From: Candidatus Eiseniibacteriota bacterium
Lineage (GTDB): Bacteria; Eisenbacteria; RBG-16-71-46; CAIMUX01; VGJL01
DNA: 53,821 bases
Direction of reading: 5' to 3'
Assembly: GCA_041946735.1 (NCBI GenBank)
Contig: JBHGAY010000032.1
Span: 1 to 53,821 of the forward strand
Shown here: in pieces, positions 29,470 through 39,567 of the stretch
Layout: the number at the start of each line of letters is the position of its first letter
Position numbering within the stretch: position 1 is the first letter of the stretch
The notes under the pieces: generated by a model
Told to the model about the DNA's origin: nothing
The model's input: only the letters and a program-made list of their open reading frames with translations
The model's database searches: none
Position numbers and translations under genes: made by a program

Positions 29470-30698
29470 AGCGCTTGCGCATCGGGATGCTTCTCGACCG
29501 GACCTTCCCGCCGGATCCCCGGGTCGCGAACGAGGCCCGCTCCCTCGTCGCCGCCGGCCACGAGGTGCATGTCCTCTGCCTGCGCCACGACGACCGCCAG
29601 CCGGAGGAGGAGACGTGGCAGGGAATCCATCTCCGCCGGCTCGCGATTCCGCGGTGGTTCTACCGCAAAGCCTCGGCGGTGAGCCTCGACTTCCCCGCCT
29701 ACCGTTGGTATCTGCGCGCGCCGCTCGCCCGCTTCCTCGCGAACCGGCGGATCGAAGCGCTCCACACGCACGACCTTCCGATGGTCGCCGAGGGGCTGCG
29801 CGCCGCCCGGCGCAGGCGCATCCCGCTCGTGGCCGACCTGCACGAGAACTGGCCGGCCGCGCTGCGGACGTACGGCTACGCCCAGCGGCTGCCGGGGCGC
29901 GTGCTCATCTCCCCCAGCCGATGGGAACGGCACGAGCGGAAGATCCTGCCGCGTGCCGACCGGGTGATCGTCGTCATCGAGGAGGCGCGGGAGAGACTGC
30001 TACGGCTCGGGATCGATCCCGAGCGGATCGTGGTCGTCCGCAACACGGTGGAGGTGGACGAGTTTCGAGGCTTCGGCCTCGACGAGGAGATCGTGGGGCG
30101 ATTCCGCGGCCGCTTCGTCCTCTCTTACCTGGGTGGCTTCGAGAGGCACCGCGGCATCGAGACGGCCATCGCGGCGATGCCGGCGATCCTCGAGAAGATC
30201 CCCGGCACGGTCCTCCTCCTCGTCGGAACCGGCTCGACGGAGCCTTCGCTTCGGGCGCAAGCGGCTCGTCTCTCGCTCGGCGACCGGGTCGTCTTCGAGG
30301 GATGGCGGTCCTTCCGCAGCTTCCCGAGCTACATCGCCGCCTCGAGCGTCTGCTTGATCCCGCACGTGAAGAACGACCACACCGACACGACGATCCCGCA
30401 CAAGCTCTTCCACTACATGCTGCTCGAGCGGCCGGTGCTCGCGACCGACTGCCGGCCGATCGCCCGCATCCTCTCCGAGACCGGATGCGGCGTCACCGTC
30501 CCTTCCGGGGATGCGGAGGCGATGGCGCGCGCGGCGATCTCGCTCGCCGATCCGTCCACGCGCGAGAGGATGGGAGCGGCCGGACGCCGCGCCGTCCTCG
30601 ATCGCTACAACTGGGAGCGGGACGCCGCGACGCTGCGCGCGACCTACGAGGGACTCGCCTCGGGCGTCTCGACCCTGGGCACCTCCCAGGCTTCCTAG
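29466..30698 (+). CDS. Glycosyltransferase family 4
   Basis: GTGA overlap with wecB; DPRV..EA, HTHD, DLHE, PHKLFHYM...PVLATD. Confidence 0.9.
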   Translation: MKRLRIGMLLDRTFPPDPRVANEARSLVAAGHEVHVLCLRHDDRQPEEETWQGIHLRRLAIPRWFYRKASAVSLDFPAYRWYLRAPLARFLANRRIEALHTHDLPMVAEGLRAARRRRIPLVADLHENWPAALRTYGYAQRLPGRVLISPSRWERHERKILPRADRVIVVIEEARERLLRLGIDPERIVVVRNTVEVDEFRGFGLDEEIVGRFRGRFVLSYLGGFERHRGIETAIAAMPAILEKIPGTVLLLVGTGSTEPSLRAQAARLSLGDRVVFEGWRSFRSFPSYIAASSVCLIPHVKNDHTDTTIPHKLFHYMLLERPVLATDCRPIARILSETGCGVTVPSGDAEAMARAAISLADPSTRERMGAAGRRAVLDRYNWERDAATLRATYEGLASGVSTLGTSQAS

Positions 30699-33160
30699 GC
30701 GGACGGCGCAGGCTCCTCCGGCACGATCCCCCTGCGCCGCAGAATCACCCCGGCAATCACGAGCAGGACGATCAGCGCCGCCCCGATGCGGTTCATCCGG
30801 ATCCCCGCCTCGTACGCGGTCGATCGGAACGCCATCTCGATCGTGTGGGGACCGGCCGGCACGACCACCGCGCGCAGGACATGGTTCGCCTTCAGAATCT
30901 CGGCCGGCGCGCCGTCGATCGTCGCCCTCCATCCGGGCGCGTAGTAGATCTCGCTGACGACGAGGAGCCCGGGACCGTCCCCGTCGCCGACCGTGATCCG
31001 GACATGATGCGCATCGATCCCCTCGAAGTTCGCCGAGCGTGCCGGCAGCCCGGTCTCCGGGAGGCCCTGGGGAGCTCCGGCCCGCTCGAACAGCGCAATC
31101 GACGCGGGATCGAACTGCTCGTCGGAGAGCCCGCGGACCACCGCCGGGCCATCGGCGAGCGCCCGCCAGCCGGACACGAACCAGGCGCGAGGGAGCGTGT
31201 CGCGATACTCGTAGACGCCATCGGCGACCTGTGTGAAGGCGGGATGCTGGATCGGGTTCCTGGTCAGCAGGTAGCGGACGTTGAGCATCGAGAGGATCCG
31301 CGGGTCCGTCAGGAGCTGCTCGTCGATCAGATCCTGATAGAGGCGGAGCTTCGCGGGCTGGTAGCCGCCGATCGTCCCGATGTCGAACGCGACGAAACGG
31401 TTCGAGCCGAACTCGTCGATCGGCAGGATCCGGAACGGCTTCGGTTGCTGCCTCAGGTACTCGATCTCCGGGGTCGTCTGCGTCCACGACGCGACCTGCT
31501 CGCGCGGACCGAGGTTCTCGAACTTCGCGCCGACGATCCAGACGTCGGCGATCAGCAGCAGCCCGAGAAGCGAGGCGCCGAGCGCGGGGCGCATGCGCCG
31601 CGCGATCGGCACCGCGGCGAGGAAGAGCCCGACGAGCAGCAGCGAGCGCGCGATGCCATCGACCCGCATGGTCCAGCGCTCGCGCGCGATCTGCTGGAGC
31701 TGCTGCCCGGGGATCCTCGTCTCCTCCCCCGGGCGGATCGGTCCGGCTCCGCTGCCCAGCAGGCCGACGAGAAGCACGATGAGCCCGATCGCGACGAGGA
31801 CAGCGCCCGCCAGCAACCAGTTGCGCCGCGCCTGCTCCGCCTCGCTCCTCGCCATCCGCGGCTGCGCCGGGCCGGCCGCCTTCGCGCCCCCGCGGGCGGC
31901 CGCCGGGGCGGCGGGCTTTCCGCTTCTCGCTGCCGGCGCGCTCCTTGCCGCCGGCCCGGGACGGATCAGCGCGTCGATCCCCACGGCGGCGAGGTAGCCG
32001 AGCGTGAGCGGCAACAGGGAGTAGAACATCGACGGCACGCGGAACCGATTGAAGTACGGCAGCAACTTGTAGAACGGCCCATAGAGGATCGGGAGGTAGC
32101 GGCCGAAGCCGACGAAGAGGATCACGAGCGAGATGACGAGCCAGATCCAGCTGCGCGGCGTGCGCGCGCGCGCGAGCCCGAACACCACGGCGAGAAGCAT
32201 CAGGATCCCGAAGTAGTGCGTGCTCTGCGTGAACGGGAGCGGCCCGAAGTAGGTCTCCCCCTGCAGCCCATAGAACTCTGGAAAGAGGAAGCTGATCGTC
32301 TCGCGCGGCGCGAACGACCAGTCGGTGGCGTAGCGCCACTCCGCTCCGCCTTCTTCCGTCGCCCCGCGGACCGAGTACGGCGCGTATTCGCGCACGGCGA
32401 GCGTCGGCTCGGCGATCAGGAGGAACGCGACGAAGAGCCCCACGATCCCCCAGATGGCGGCGAGGAGCAGGCGCCCCCCCGTCCAGACGGCGCGCTCCGC
32501 GAGGATCCGTCCGATCGCGTAGAGGACGGCGATGATCGCCGCGTAGTAGAGGATCTGCGGGTGGTTCGCCCAGCCGAGCATCGCGACCGAGAGCGCGAGG
32601 AACGCGGTGGCGAGAGGGCCGGGGCGGTCGAGGAAGACGTCGAGGGCGAGCAGCACGAGCGGGACGTGCATCAGCGCCTTGAGCTTCGTGCTATGCCCCG
32701 CCCCGATCACGCCGGGGATGTACGGCGTCATCACGAACGCGAGAGCGACCGCCGCCGAAGCAGGGATGCTCCTTCCCTGCCGGCGAAAGAACGCGAAGGC
32801 GGCGAGGCCGCCGAGGAGCATGTAGGCGTAGTAGCGCAGCCCGCGTTCTCCGGAGAGGGGACGCGTCACCCAGTCGAGCGGGGAGAACGGGCTGGCCGGC
32901 GTATAGATGTAGCTCCCGTAGGACGGCATGCCGCTGAAGAGGTACGGGATCCAGAGCGGAACTCGCCCCATCTCGTGCTGCGTCTCGGTCGCCCAGACGC
33001 CGAGCGGCCGCACCGCCTGCGTGTCGGGGGCGAGCGGCTCGCGGCCGCCCAGAATCATTCCGGCGTGGAAAAGAAGCGGAAGCAGAACGATCGCGGCGAG
33101 GGCGCCCCAGAGAACGCGCCGCGTATCCGAGCCGATCGCCATCGCCCCCGGACCCTTCAT
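30695..33160 (-). CDS. YfhO-family polytopic membrane protein (GT-C-like)
   Basis: ATG 33160 after GGAGG; PLWIPYLFSGMP, many TM helices, FRVP, PRAWFV, SEIYYAPGWRATIDG...VPAGPH. Confidence 0.85.
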   Translation of the reverse strand: MKGPGAMAIGSDTRRVLWGALAAIVLLPLLFHAGMILGGREPLAPDTQAVRPLGVWATETQHEMGRVPLWIPYLFSGMPSYGSYIYTPASPFSPLDWVTRPLSGERGLRYYAYMLLGGLAAFAFFRRQGRSIPASAAVALAFVMTPYIPGVIGAGHSTKLKALMHVPLVLLALDVFLDRPGPLATAFLALSVAMLGWANHPQILYYAAIIAVLYAIGRILAERAVWTGGRLLLAAIWGIVGLFVAFLLIAEPTLAVREYAPYSVRGATEEGGAEWRYATDWSFAPRETISFLFPEFYGLQGETYFGPLPFTQSTHYFGILMLLAVVFGLARARTPRSWIWLVISLVILFVGFGRYLPILYGPFYKLLPYFNRFRVPSMFYSLLPLTLGYLAAVGIDALIRPGPAARSAPAARSGKPAAPAAARGGAKAAGPAQPRMARSEAEQARRNWLLAGAVLVAIGLIVLLVGLLGSGAGPIRPGEETRIPGQQLQQIARERWTMRVDGIARSLLLVGLFLAAVPIARRMRPALGASLLGLLLIADVWIVGAKFENLGPREQVASWTQTTPEIEYLRQQPKPFRILPIDEFGSNRFVAFDIGTIGGYQPAKLRLYQDLIDEQLLTDPRILSMLNVRYLLTRNPIQHPAFTQVADGVYEYRDTLPRAWFVSGWRALADGPAVVRGLSDEQFDPASIALFERAGAPQGLPETGLPARSANFEGIDAHHVRITVGDGDGPGLLVVSEIYYAPGWRATIDGAPAEILKANHVLRAVVVPAGPHTIEMAFRSTAYEAGIRMNRIGAALIVLLVIAGVILRRRGIVPEEPAPSA

Positions 33161-33176
33161 GGCAACCTCCCTCACG

Positions 33177-33205
33177 TTGACCGTCCGCTCCCGCGCGGCT
33201 AGAAT
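33177..33205 (+). promoter_or_regulatory. sigma70-type promoter for the GT4 gene and downstream sugar genes
   Basis: TTGACC-N17-TAGAAT. Confidence 0.65.
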
Positions 33206-33282
33206 CCGCCGGACGTTCGCGTTCGCGGTCCGTGGCCGCGATCGAACGGCAGGATAGGGGCGGATCGGTGAGCGGTCAAACG

Positions 33283-34800
33283 ATGTCCTCCCGCGCGCCG
33301 GCCGGACTCCGGGCGGCGGCGCCATCCACCGGCGGCGACGCGCCGCGCACCGTGCTGCTCGTCACCTATTACTTCCCTCCCTCCGGCGGCTCCGGCGTCC
33401 AGCGGATGCTGAAGTTCACGAAGTACCTCCCGCACTTCGGATGGAGACCGGTCGTGCTGACCGTCCGCGAGGACGCCGCCTACCCGGTCCGCGACGCATC
33501 GCTTTGGGCCGACGTGCCGGAAGGCACCAGGGTGATCCGCACCCCGATCACCGAGTTCTACGGAGCCTACCGGGCGCTGGCGGGCCAAGCGGGGGGCGAC
33601 GCGCGCCGCGCCGCGGCCGCCGGCTCGCAGCAGCGCGGCGCCCGCGGCGCGGCGCGCGGCGCCGACGACGCAGCTCCGATCGATCTCGCCTCGAGGCGCA
33701 TGGACGTCGGCGGCAGCAGAGGAGGAGGAGGAGGCGGCGGCGGCGGCGGGCGTATGGAGCGGTTGCTCCGGTGGGTGCGTGCCGGCCTCTTCGTCCCCGA
33801 CGGACGCGTCGGATGGATTCCGCACGCGCTCGGCCCGGGCGCGCGGGCGATCCGCGAGGAGCGGGCGAGCGTGCTGCTCTCCTCCGGCCCTCCCTTCACG
33901 GCGAACGTGATCGGCGGCCTCCTGAACCGGCGCACCGGCGTCCCCTGGGTGCAGGACTATCGCGATCCCTGGACCGACGCGACGTTCTATCCCGACCGCC
34001 CGCGCCTCGCCCGCGCGCTCGACCGGTCGATCGAGCGGTGGACGGTCCGGCGAGCGGCGCGAACGATCGCCGTGAACGAGGAGATCCTCGCCGACCTGGG
34101 GCGGCTCGTGCCGTCGATCGATCCGGCGCGATGCTTCGCCGTCCTGCCCAACGGCTTCGACGAGGAGGACTTCGCGCTCGTCCCGCGTATCGAGCCCGAG
34201 AAGCTCACCCTCGTCCACACCGGCACCCTCTGGAAGAGCCGCGATCCGGTCATCCTGCGCGAGGCGCTCGCCTCGCTCGCGCGCGAGGAGCCGGACATCG
34301 CCTCGACGACCGAGGTCCTTCTGGCGGGACGGATCGATCCCGAGGTGCTCGCCGCCTTCGCCGTCCCGCCGCTCGATCGCATCGTGCGCCCCTGCGGGTA
34401 TCTCGAGCACGCCGCGAGTCTTCGCCTGCTCCGCTCGGGCCACCTCTGCCTCCTCTTCGTGGGCGAGGACCGGGAGGCGCGCGGCATGCTGACCGGCAAG
34501 GTCTTCGAGTATCTCGGCTCCGGCACGCCGATCCTCGCGATCGCCCCACCTGAAGAGAGCGCAGCGCGGCTGATCCGCGACTGCCGCGCGGGCTTCGTCG
34601 TCGCTCCGTCCGACGGCGCCGGAATTCGCGAGATCCTCCGCTCGCTCTGGACCCGCTGGAGGGACGGAGAACGCCACTTCGCCGATCCCGACGCCGAGCG
34701 GATCGCGCAGTACGGACGCAAGCGCCTGACCGGGCGTCTCTCCGAGATCCTCTCCGAGGTCGTCGCCGAGGTGGTCGAGCGCGGGAACCGGCCGGGCTGA
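33283..34800 (+). CDS. Glycosyltransferase family 4 with Gly/Ala-rich insertion
   Basis: TYYFPPSGGSGVQR..KF.KYL, PDGRVGW, SGPP, DYRDPW, PNGFD, GKVFEYL. Start may be GTG 33268. Confidence 0.9.
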   Translation: MSSRAPAGLRAAAPSTGGDAPRTVLLVTYYFPPSGGSGVQRMLKFTKYLPHFGWRPVVLTVREDAAYPVRDASLWADVPEGTRVIRTPITEFYGAYRALAGQAGGDARRAAAAGSQQRGARGAARGADDAAPIDLASRRMDVGGSRGGGGGGGGGGRMERLLRWVRAGLFVPDGRVGWIPHALGPGARAIREERASVLLSSGPPFTANVIGGLLNRRTGVPWVQDYRDPWTDATFYPDRPRLARALDRSIERWTVRRAARTIAVNEEILADLGRLVPSIDPARCFAVLPNGFDEEDFALVPRIEPEKLTLVHTGTLWKSRDPVILREALASLAREEPDIASTTEVLLAGRIDPEVLAAFAVPPLDRIVRPCGYLEHAASLRLLRSGHLCLLFVGEDREARGMLTGKVFEYLGSGTPILAIAPPEESAARLIRDCRAGFVVAPSDGAGIREILRSLWTRWRDGERHFADPDAERIAQYGRKRLTGRLSEILSEVVAEVVERGNRPG

Positions 34801-34937
34801 TCCCCCTCCATTCGCGGCGCCCGCGACGCCGAGCGCGAGGCGTACCGGAACCGGGCGCGGGCTGATACGATCCCCGGGAACGAGGTTCGGCGCGGCCCGG
34901 CCGGACGGCCGCATCGGGAGGGGAAGGAGGGGACGAC

Positions 34938-36011
34938 GTGGAGCCGCGAGGATTCGCACTGATCGGGTGCGGGAAGATCGCTCACAAGCACGCCCGGGTG
35001 CTGGCCGGGATTCCGCAGATCCGCCTCGTCGCCGCCTGCGACACGCAAGCCGAGCGCGCGGAAGAAGTCGCTTCGCTTGCGCCGGGCGCGGCCGCCGTGA
35101 CCGACGTCGCCCGGGTGCTCGAAGATCCGGCCGTCGAGGTCGTTTCGATCTGCACGCCCAGCGGCTCGCACGCCTCGCTCGGGATCCAGGCGGCGCGCGC
35201 GGGCAAGCACGTCATCATCGAGAAGCCGCTCGCGCTGCGCCTCGACGAGGCGGACCGCCTGATCGAGACGTGCGACCGGCGCGGCGTGAAGCTCTTCGTC
35301 GTCCAGCAGAACCGCTACAACCGTCCGGTGCAGGCGGCGCGGCGCGCGCTCGAGTCCGACCGGCTCGGCCATCTGTTTCTCGGATCGGTCCGCGTGCTGT
35401 GGAACCGCTCCCAGGACTACTACAACGAGGAAGCCTGGCGCGGCACCTGGGCACAGGACGGCGGCGTGCTGACCAACCAGGCGAGCCATCACATCGACCT
35501 CTTGATCTGGATGATGGGCGAGGTGGAGTCGGTCTTCGCGCGGAGCCGCACGGTCCTCCATCGGATCGAGACCGAGGACCTCGGGGTCGTGATGCTGAAG
35601 TTCCGCGGCGGGGGCCTCGGGATGGTCGAGGCGACGACCTGCGCACAGCCGAAGGACCTCGAGGGGTCGCTCTCGCTCTTCGGCGAGGGAGGGACGGTCG
35701 AGATCGGAGGCTTCGCGGCGAACGAGCTGAAGACCTGGGCGTTCTGCGACCCGAAGCCCGACGACGGGCGGATCTTCGAGGAGTGGGGCAAGAACCCGCC
35801 GGAGTTCGGCTACAACCACAAGATGTTCTACCTCGACGCGCTCGACACCCTCGACTCCCCGCGGCGCGGCCTGCTCGACGGGCTCGAGGGACGCAAGAGC
35901 CTCGAGGTGATCCACGCGATCTACGAGTCGATCGAGACCGGACAGGAAGTGTTCCTGCGCTTCGAGCCGAAGCGGTGCCGGCTGGGCGCTCCGGATGGAC
36001 GTCGGGGCTGA
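34938..36011 (+). CDS. Gfo/Idh/MocA oxidoreductase (WbpB/WlbA-like UDP-sugar 3-dehydrogenase)
   Basis: IGCGKIA, CTPSGSH, IEKP, QNRYN, WRGTWAQDGGVLTNQASHHIDLL. Confidence 0.88.
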   Translation: MEPRGFALIGCGKIAHKHARVLAGIPQIRLVAACDTQAERAEEVASLAPGAAAVTDVARVLEDPAVEVVSICTPSGSHASLGIQAARAGKHVIIEKPLALRLDEADRLIETCDRRGVKLFVVQQNRYNRPVQAARRALESDRLGHLFLGSVRVLWNRSQDYYNEEAWRGTWAQDGGVLTNQASHHIDLLIWMMGEVESVFARSRTVLHRIETEDLGVVMLKFRGGGLGMVEATTCAQPKDLEGSLSLFGEGGTVEIGGFAANELKTWAFCDPKPDDGRIFEEWGKNPPEFGYNHKMFYLDALDTLDSPRRGLLDGLEGRKSLEVIHAIYESIETGQEVFLRFEPKRCRLGAPDGRRG

Positions 36012-36039
36012 CACGGGAAGAAGAGGGGAGGAAGCGGCC

Positions 36040-37194
36040 ATGGCGGCGGAGAAGACAGCGGCCGAGAAAGCGGCGGGGCAGAAGAAGGTCCCGCTGGTCG
36101 ACCTGAAGGCGCAGTACGCGGCGATCCGGCCGGAGATCGACGAGGCGATCCAGAAGGTCCTCGACACGACCGGATTCGTCGGCGGCCCCGAGCTGCGCGC
36201 CTTCGAGGAGGAGTTCGCCCGCTTCTGCGGCGCGAACCGGGCGGTCGGCGTCTCCTCGGGGACCTCGGCGCTGCACCTCGCGCTCGTCGCTGCGGGCGTC
36301 GGCGAGGGGGACGAGGTGGTGACGGTCGCGCATACGTTCATCGCCACCGCCGAGATGATCGTCCGCTGCGGCGCGAAGGTCGTCTTCTGCGACATCGATC
36401 CCGAGACGGCGACGATGTCACCCGCGGACCTCGAGCGGAGGATCACGCCGCGCACGAAGGCGATCCTGCCCGTCCATCTCTACGGCTGCCCGGCGGACAT
36501 GGACCCGATCCTCGAGATCGCGAGGCGGCGCCGGATCCCCGTCATCGAGGACGCCGCCCAGGCGCACGGAGCGCGCTACCGCGGGCGGACGGCCGGCTCG
36601 ATCGCCGGGATCGCCTGCTTCAGCTTCTATCCCGGGAAGAACCTGGGCGCCTACGGAGACGGCGGCGCGATCACGTGCGAGAGCGCGGAGGTCGCCGAGC
36701 GGCTGCAGAGCCTCGCAAACCACGGGCGTCGCGACAAGTACGTGCACGACGAGGAGGGCTGGAACTACCGGCTCGACGCAATGCAGGCCGCGATCCTGCG
36801 CGTGAAGCTGCGCCATCTCGACGCATGGAACGAGGCGCGGCGCGCCGCGGCGGCGCGCTACGACGCGCTCCTCGACTCCTCGGTGCCGGGCGTCCGGATC
36901 TACCGCTACCCGGACGACCGGACGCCGGTCTACCACCTCTACGTGATCCGCGTCCCGGGGGATCGAGACGCGGTGGTCGCTCGGCTGAAGGAGAGGGGGA
37001 TCGACGCGGGCGTCCACTATCCGGTGCCGCTGCATCTGCAGCCCGCCTATGCCCATCTCGGCGTTGCGAAGGGATCGCTGCCGGCGACCGAGGAGGCGGC
37101 GGCGAGCTGCCTGTCGCTGCCGATCTACCCGGAGATCACCGAGGAGCAGATCGGCCGCGTCGTCGTGGGGCTGCGCGAGGCGCTCGCCGGGTAG
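36040..37194 (+). CDS. DegT/DnrJ/EryC1/StrS PLP aminotransferase (WbpE/WlbC-like)
   Basis: VDLKAQY, SGTSAL, PVHLYG, IEDAAQAHG, SFYPGKNLGAYGDGG. Confidence 0.92.
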   Translation: MAAEKTAAEKAAGQKKVPLVDLKAQYAAIRPEIDEAIQKVLDTTGFVGGPELRAFEEEFARFCGANRAVGVSSGTSALHLALVAAGVGEGDEVVTVAHTFIATAEMIVRCGAKVVFCDIDPETATMSPADLERRITPRTKAILPVHLYGCPADMDPILEIARRRRIPVIEDAAQAHGARYRGRTAGSIAGIACFSFYPGKNLGAYGDGGAITCESAEVAERLQSLANHGRRDKYVHDEEGWNYRLDAMQAAILRVKLRHLDAWNEARRAAAARYDALLDSSVPGVRIYRYPDDRTPVYHLYVIRVPGDRDAVVARLKERGIDAGVHYPVPLHLQPAYAHLGVAKGSLPATEEAAASCLSLPIYPEITEEQIGRVVVGLREALAG

Positions 37195-37221
37195 CGAACA
37201 AGCTCGCCGGGTAGCGAACAA
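37182..37221. repeat. Perfect 20-nt tandem duplication spanning the aminotransferase stop codon
   Basis: gctcgccgggtagcgaacaa x2. Confidence 0.9.
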
Positions 37222-37319
37222 CGCGGCGCGAAGCCGGCCGGCCCGCCCGGTCGGCTTCCCCTTCCGTCTCGCCGCTTACCGCTCGCCCCCCTGCGGCTCG
37301 CCCCGCAGCGGCGCCCCCC

Positions 37320-38078
37320 CTACCGGAACGACGATCGCACCTTCCCCCAGCTCGCCTCCCCCGCATCGGTGGGCAGCGACGACGGCGAGAAGTTGTCGAA
37401 GGCGAGCCCCACGGCATGGTCGTGGTCGCCGATGTATTCCAGCTCGATCGAATGGATCTCCGACGGGCCGAGATCGAACTGCCAGGGAGTCGCGACCCCA
37501 TCGCCCGTCCCGGGATCGCCGGAGGAGAGAACCTGCTCGGCCAGCACCTCGCCGGAGCCGCCGAGCGCGCGGATCCGCCAGCTCTCGCAGCAGGGCTGAA
37601 TGTCGATCAGATCCCCCGACGCCTGATGGACCGGCGTGTCGTAGAGAATGCGCAAGCCGAACGTGTCCGGACTGTTCACCCCGTCATCGGTCAGGAAGAA
37701 GCAGCCGACGCCCTCGTCCTCGGACGCAGGCATGTCTTCCGTGCTCCGTTCGCCGATGCAGGGGCTCGTCGTGCTCGGGCCCTCGAACGCGGTTTCCGGA
37801 GAGCCGACCGCCGCGATCCGCGGCCCGGTCGCCGGGTCTCCCCCGATCAGCTCGAAACGGACTCCGAATGGCGCCACGTCGTACTGGTCGCCGATGAGCA
37901 TGCCTTCGGTCGGCGCTTCGCCGTTCGGGAGCGTCTCGAAGTCGATCGTCTGCGCCAGCGCGAGCTCCGGCACCACGAGCAGGAGCGACGGGGATAGCGC
38001 GAGCATCAGCAAAGGCAGCAGGCGCGCAAGCGGGGACGGCGCCGGAACGGCGCCGCGGCGAGAGACTGTGCCGGTCAT
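37320..38078 (-). CDS. Secreted hypothetical protein with C-terminal SWGKVRSSFR motif
   Basis: GGAGG upstream; signal peptide ending ALA-QTIDFE; acidic beta-rich body ending AFDNF; basic amphipathic tail. Confidence 0.75.
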   Translation of the reverse strand: MTGTVSRRGAVPAPSPLARLLPLLMLALSPSLLLVVPELALAQTIDFETLPNGEAPTEGMLIGDQYDVAPFGVRFELIGGDPATGPRIAAVGSPETAFEGPSTTSPCIGERSTEDMPASEDEGVGCFFLTDDGVNSPDTFGLRILYDTPVHQASGDLIDIQPCCESWRIRALGGSGEVLAEQVLSSGDPGTGDGVATPWQFDLGPSEIHSIELEYIGDHDHAVGLAFDNFSPSSLPTDAGEASWGKVRSSFR

Positions 38079-38312
38079 AGGGGGCCTCCTGTGTCGTCGA
38101 ATGCGGTGGATTCGCTATGCGGTCTTGACGCCGAAACCTAGCAGCCCGCTCGCAGCCGCGAAAGACGGCAACCGCGCTGCGCTCGACTGCGGCCGGGTCA
38201 CGAAGACGGGGGTGCTGGAGACCTGGCCGTCCCTACGGTATCTTCTTCGGCGGCACGACGGGCGTCAGGCGCGCCCGCACGGATCGAAACGCAGAGGAGG
38301 CGGAGGAGTCCC

Positions 38313-38981
38313 ATGGCCCAATCGAAGATCGGCGTCGTTCTCTCGGGTTGCGGCGCCAACGATGGCAGCGAGATCCACGAGGCGGTCGCCACCTTGCTGG
38401 CGATCTCGCGAGCGGGAGCGACGGCGGTCTGCCTGGCTCCCGACGCCCCGCAGTCCGATACGATCGATCATCTCCACCGAAAGCCGAGCGGCGAGGCGCG
38501 CAACATGCTGATCGAGGCGGCGCGGGTCTGCCGCGGAGCGATCCGTGACATCGCGTCGATCGATCCGCGGGAATTGGACGCCGTCATCCTGCCGGGCGGA
38601 TTCGGGGCGGCGAAGAACCTATCGACCTTCGCGCAGGACGGAGCTTCTTGCACCGTGCGCCCGGACGTCGAGCAGCTGCTCGTCGAGATGCACCATGCGA
38701 AGAAGCCGATCGGAGCGATCTGCATCGCGCCGGCGCTCGTGGCCCGCGTGTTCAGCTCGCGCGGCATCCCGGTCGAGGTCACGATCGGCAACGACGCCGA
38801 GGCGGCGGAGCAGATCCGCCGCATGGGGGCGCGCCACTCGGTCCGCAAGACGACGGAGATCTGCGTCGACGAGGAGAACCGGATCGTCACGACCCCCGCG
38901 TACATGACGGCGGAGACGATCGCCGAGGTCTTCGAAGGGATCGAGAAGGCGGTCGGCAAGGTCCTCCGGATGATTCCCTGA
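38313..38981 (+). CDS. elbB: ElbB/ES1 glyoxalase (DJ-1/PfpI superfamily)
   Basis: VLSGCG..DGSEIHE, PGGFGAAKNL, ICIAP, TTPAYM. Confidence 0.93.
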   Translation: MAQSKIGVVLSGCGANDGSEIHEAVATLLAISRAGATAVCLAPDAPQSDTIDHLHRKPSGEARNMLIEAARVCRGAIRDIASIDPRELDAVILPGGFGAAKNLSTFAQDGASCTVRPDVEQLLVEMHHAKKPIGAICIAPALVARVFSSRGIPVEVTIGNDAEAAEQIRRMGARHSVRKTTEICVDEENRIVTTPAYMTAETIAEVFEGIEKAVGKVLRMIP

Positions 38982-39081
38982 TCCGCGTGCCGGCCGGTCC
39001 CGGGATCCGTGAGAAGGAGCGACGGCGGTAAGGAGCGACAGCGGCGAGGAACGGCTGCGCGGCTGTCGCTCCGCGGGTTCC

Positions 39082-39567
39082 TCACTTCTTCCGCCGGTAG
39101 CGCGCCTCCATGAACTGCACCCACTTCCCGTCGTTCCCAAACGCCCGCGAGCGGAGGATCCGCTCGTCCGGGCCGACGATCTCGATGATGTCCTGGAACT
39201 TCATCATCTTGTTGCCGGGCTCCATCATGTTCGGCCCTGTGGTATCGAGCGTGAGCGTCCGCTTCTCCGCGTCGAGCGAGCCTTCGTAGACCCAGAGGAA
39301 CGTCATGATCGAGGCGACGAAAGTGCCGACGAAGCGCTGCTTCTGCGGGTCGTAGCCGAGCGTCATGAGGTTTGTCGCGGTGCCCCCGCCCGGAGCGTCC
39401 ATCGTCCCTTCGCCGACGGTCCAAAGGCCGCCGAGCGACCGCACACTCTCGGTGCCCCAGGTCTTTTCGGTCGGCTTGTCGGGCCCCATCATCATCTCGA
39501 CCTCGACGGTCCATTCGCCCACCAGGGCATCGAGCCACTCGTGTTCGGCCTGCCGTGCGTTCGTCAT
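39082..39567 (-). CDS. DUF1579-family protein
   Basis: ATG 39567 after AAGGAGGAGG; EHEWL..LVGEW, LGGLW, LGYDP.K.RFVGTF..S.M. Confidence 0.85.
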   Translation of the reverse strand: MTNARQAEHEWLDALVGEWTVEVEMMMGPDKPTEKTWGTESVRSLGGLWTVGEGTMDAPGGGTATNLMTLGYDPQKQRFVGTFVASIMTFLWVYEGSLDAEKRTLTLDTTGPNMMEPGNKMMKFQDIIEIVGPDERILRSRAFGNDGKWVQFMEARYRRKK

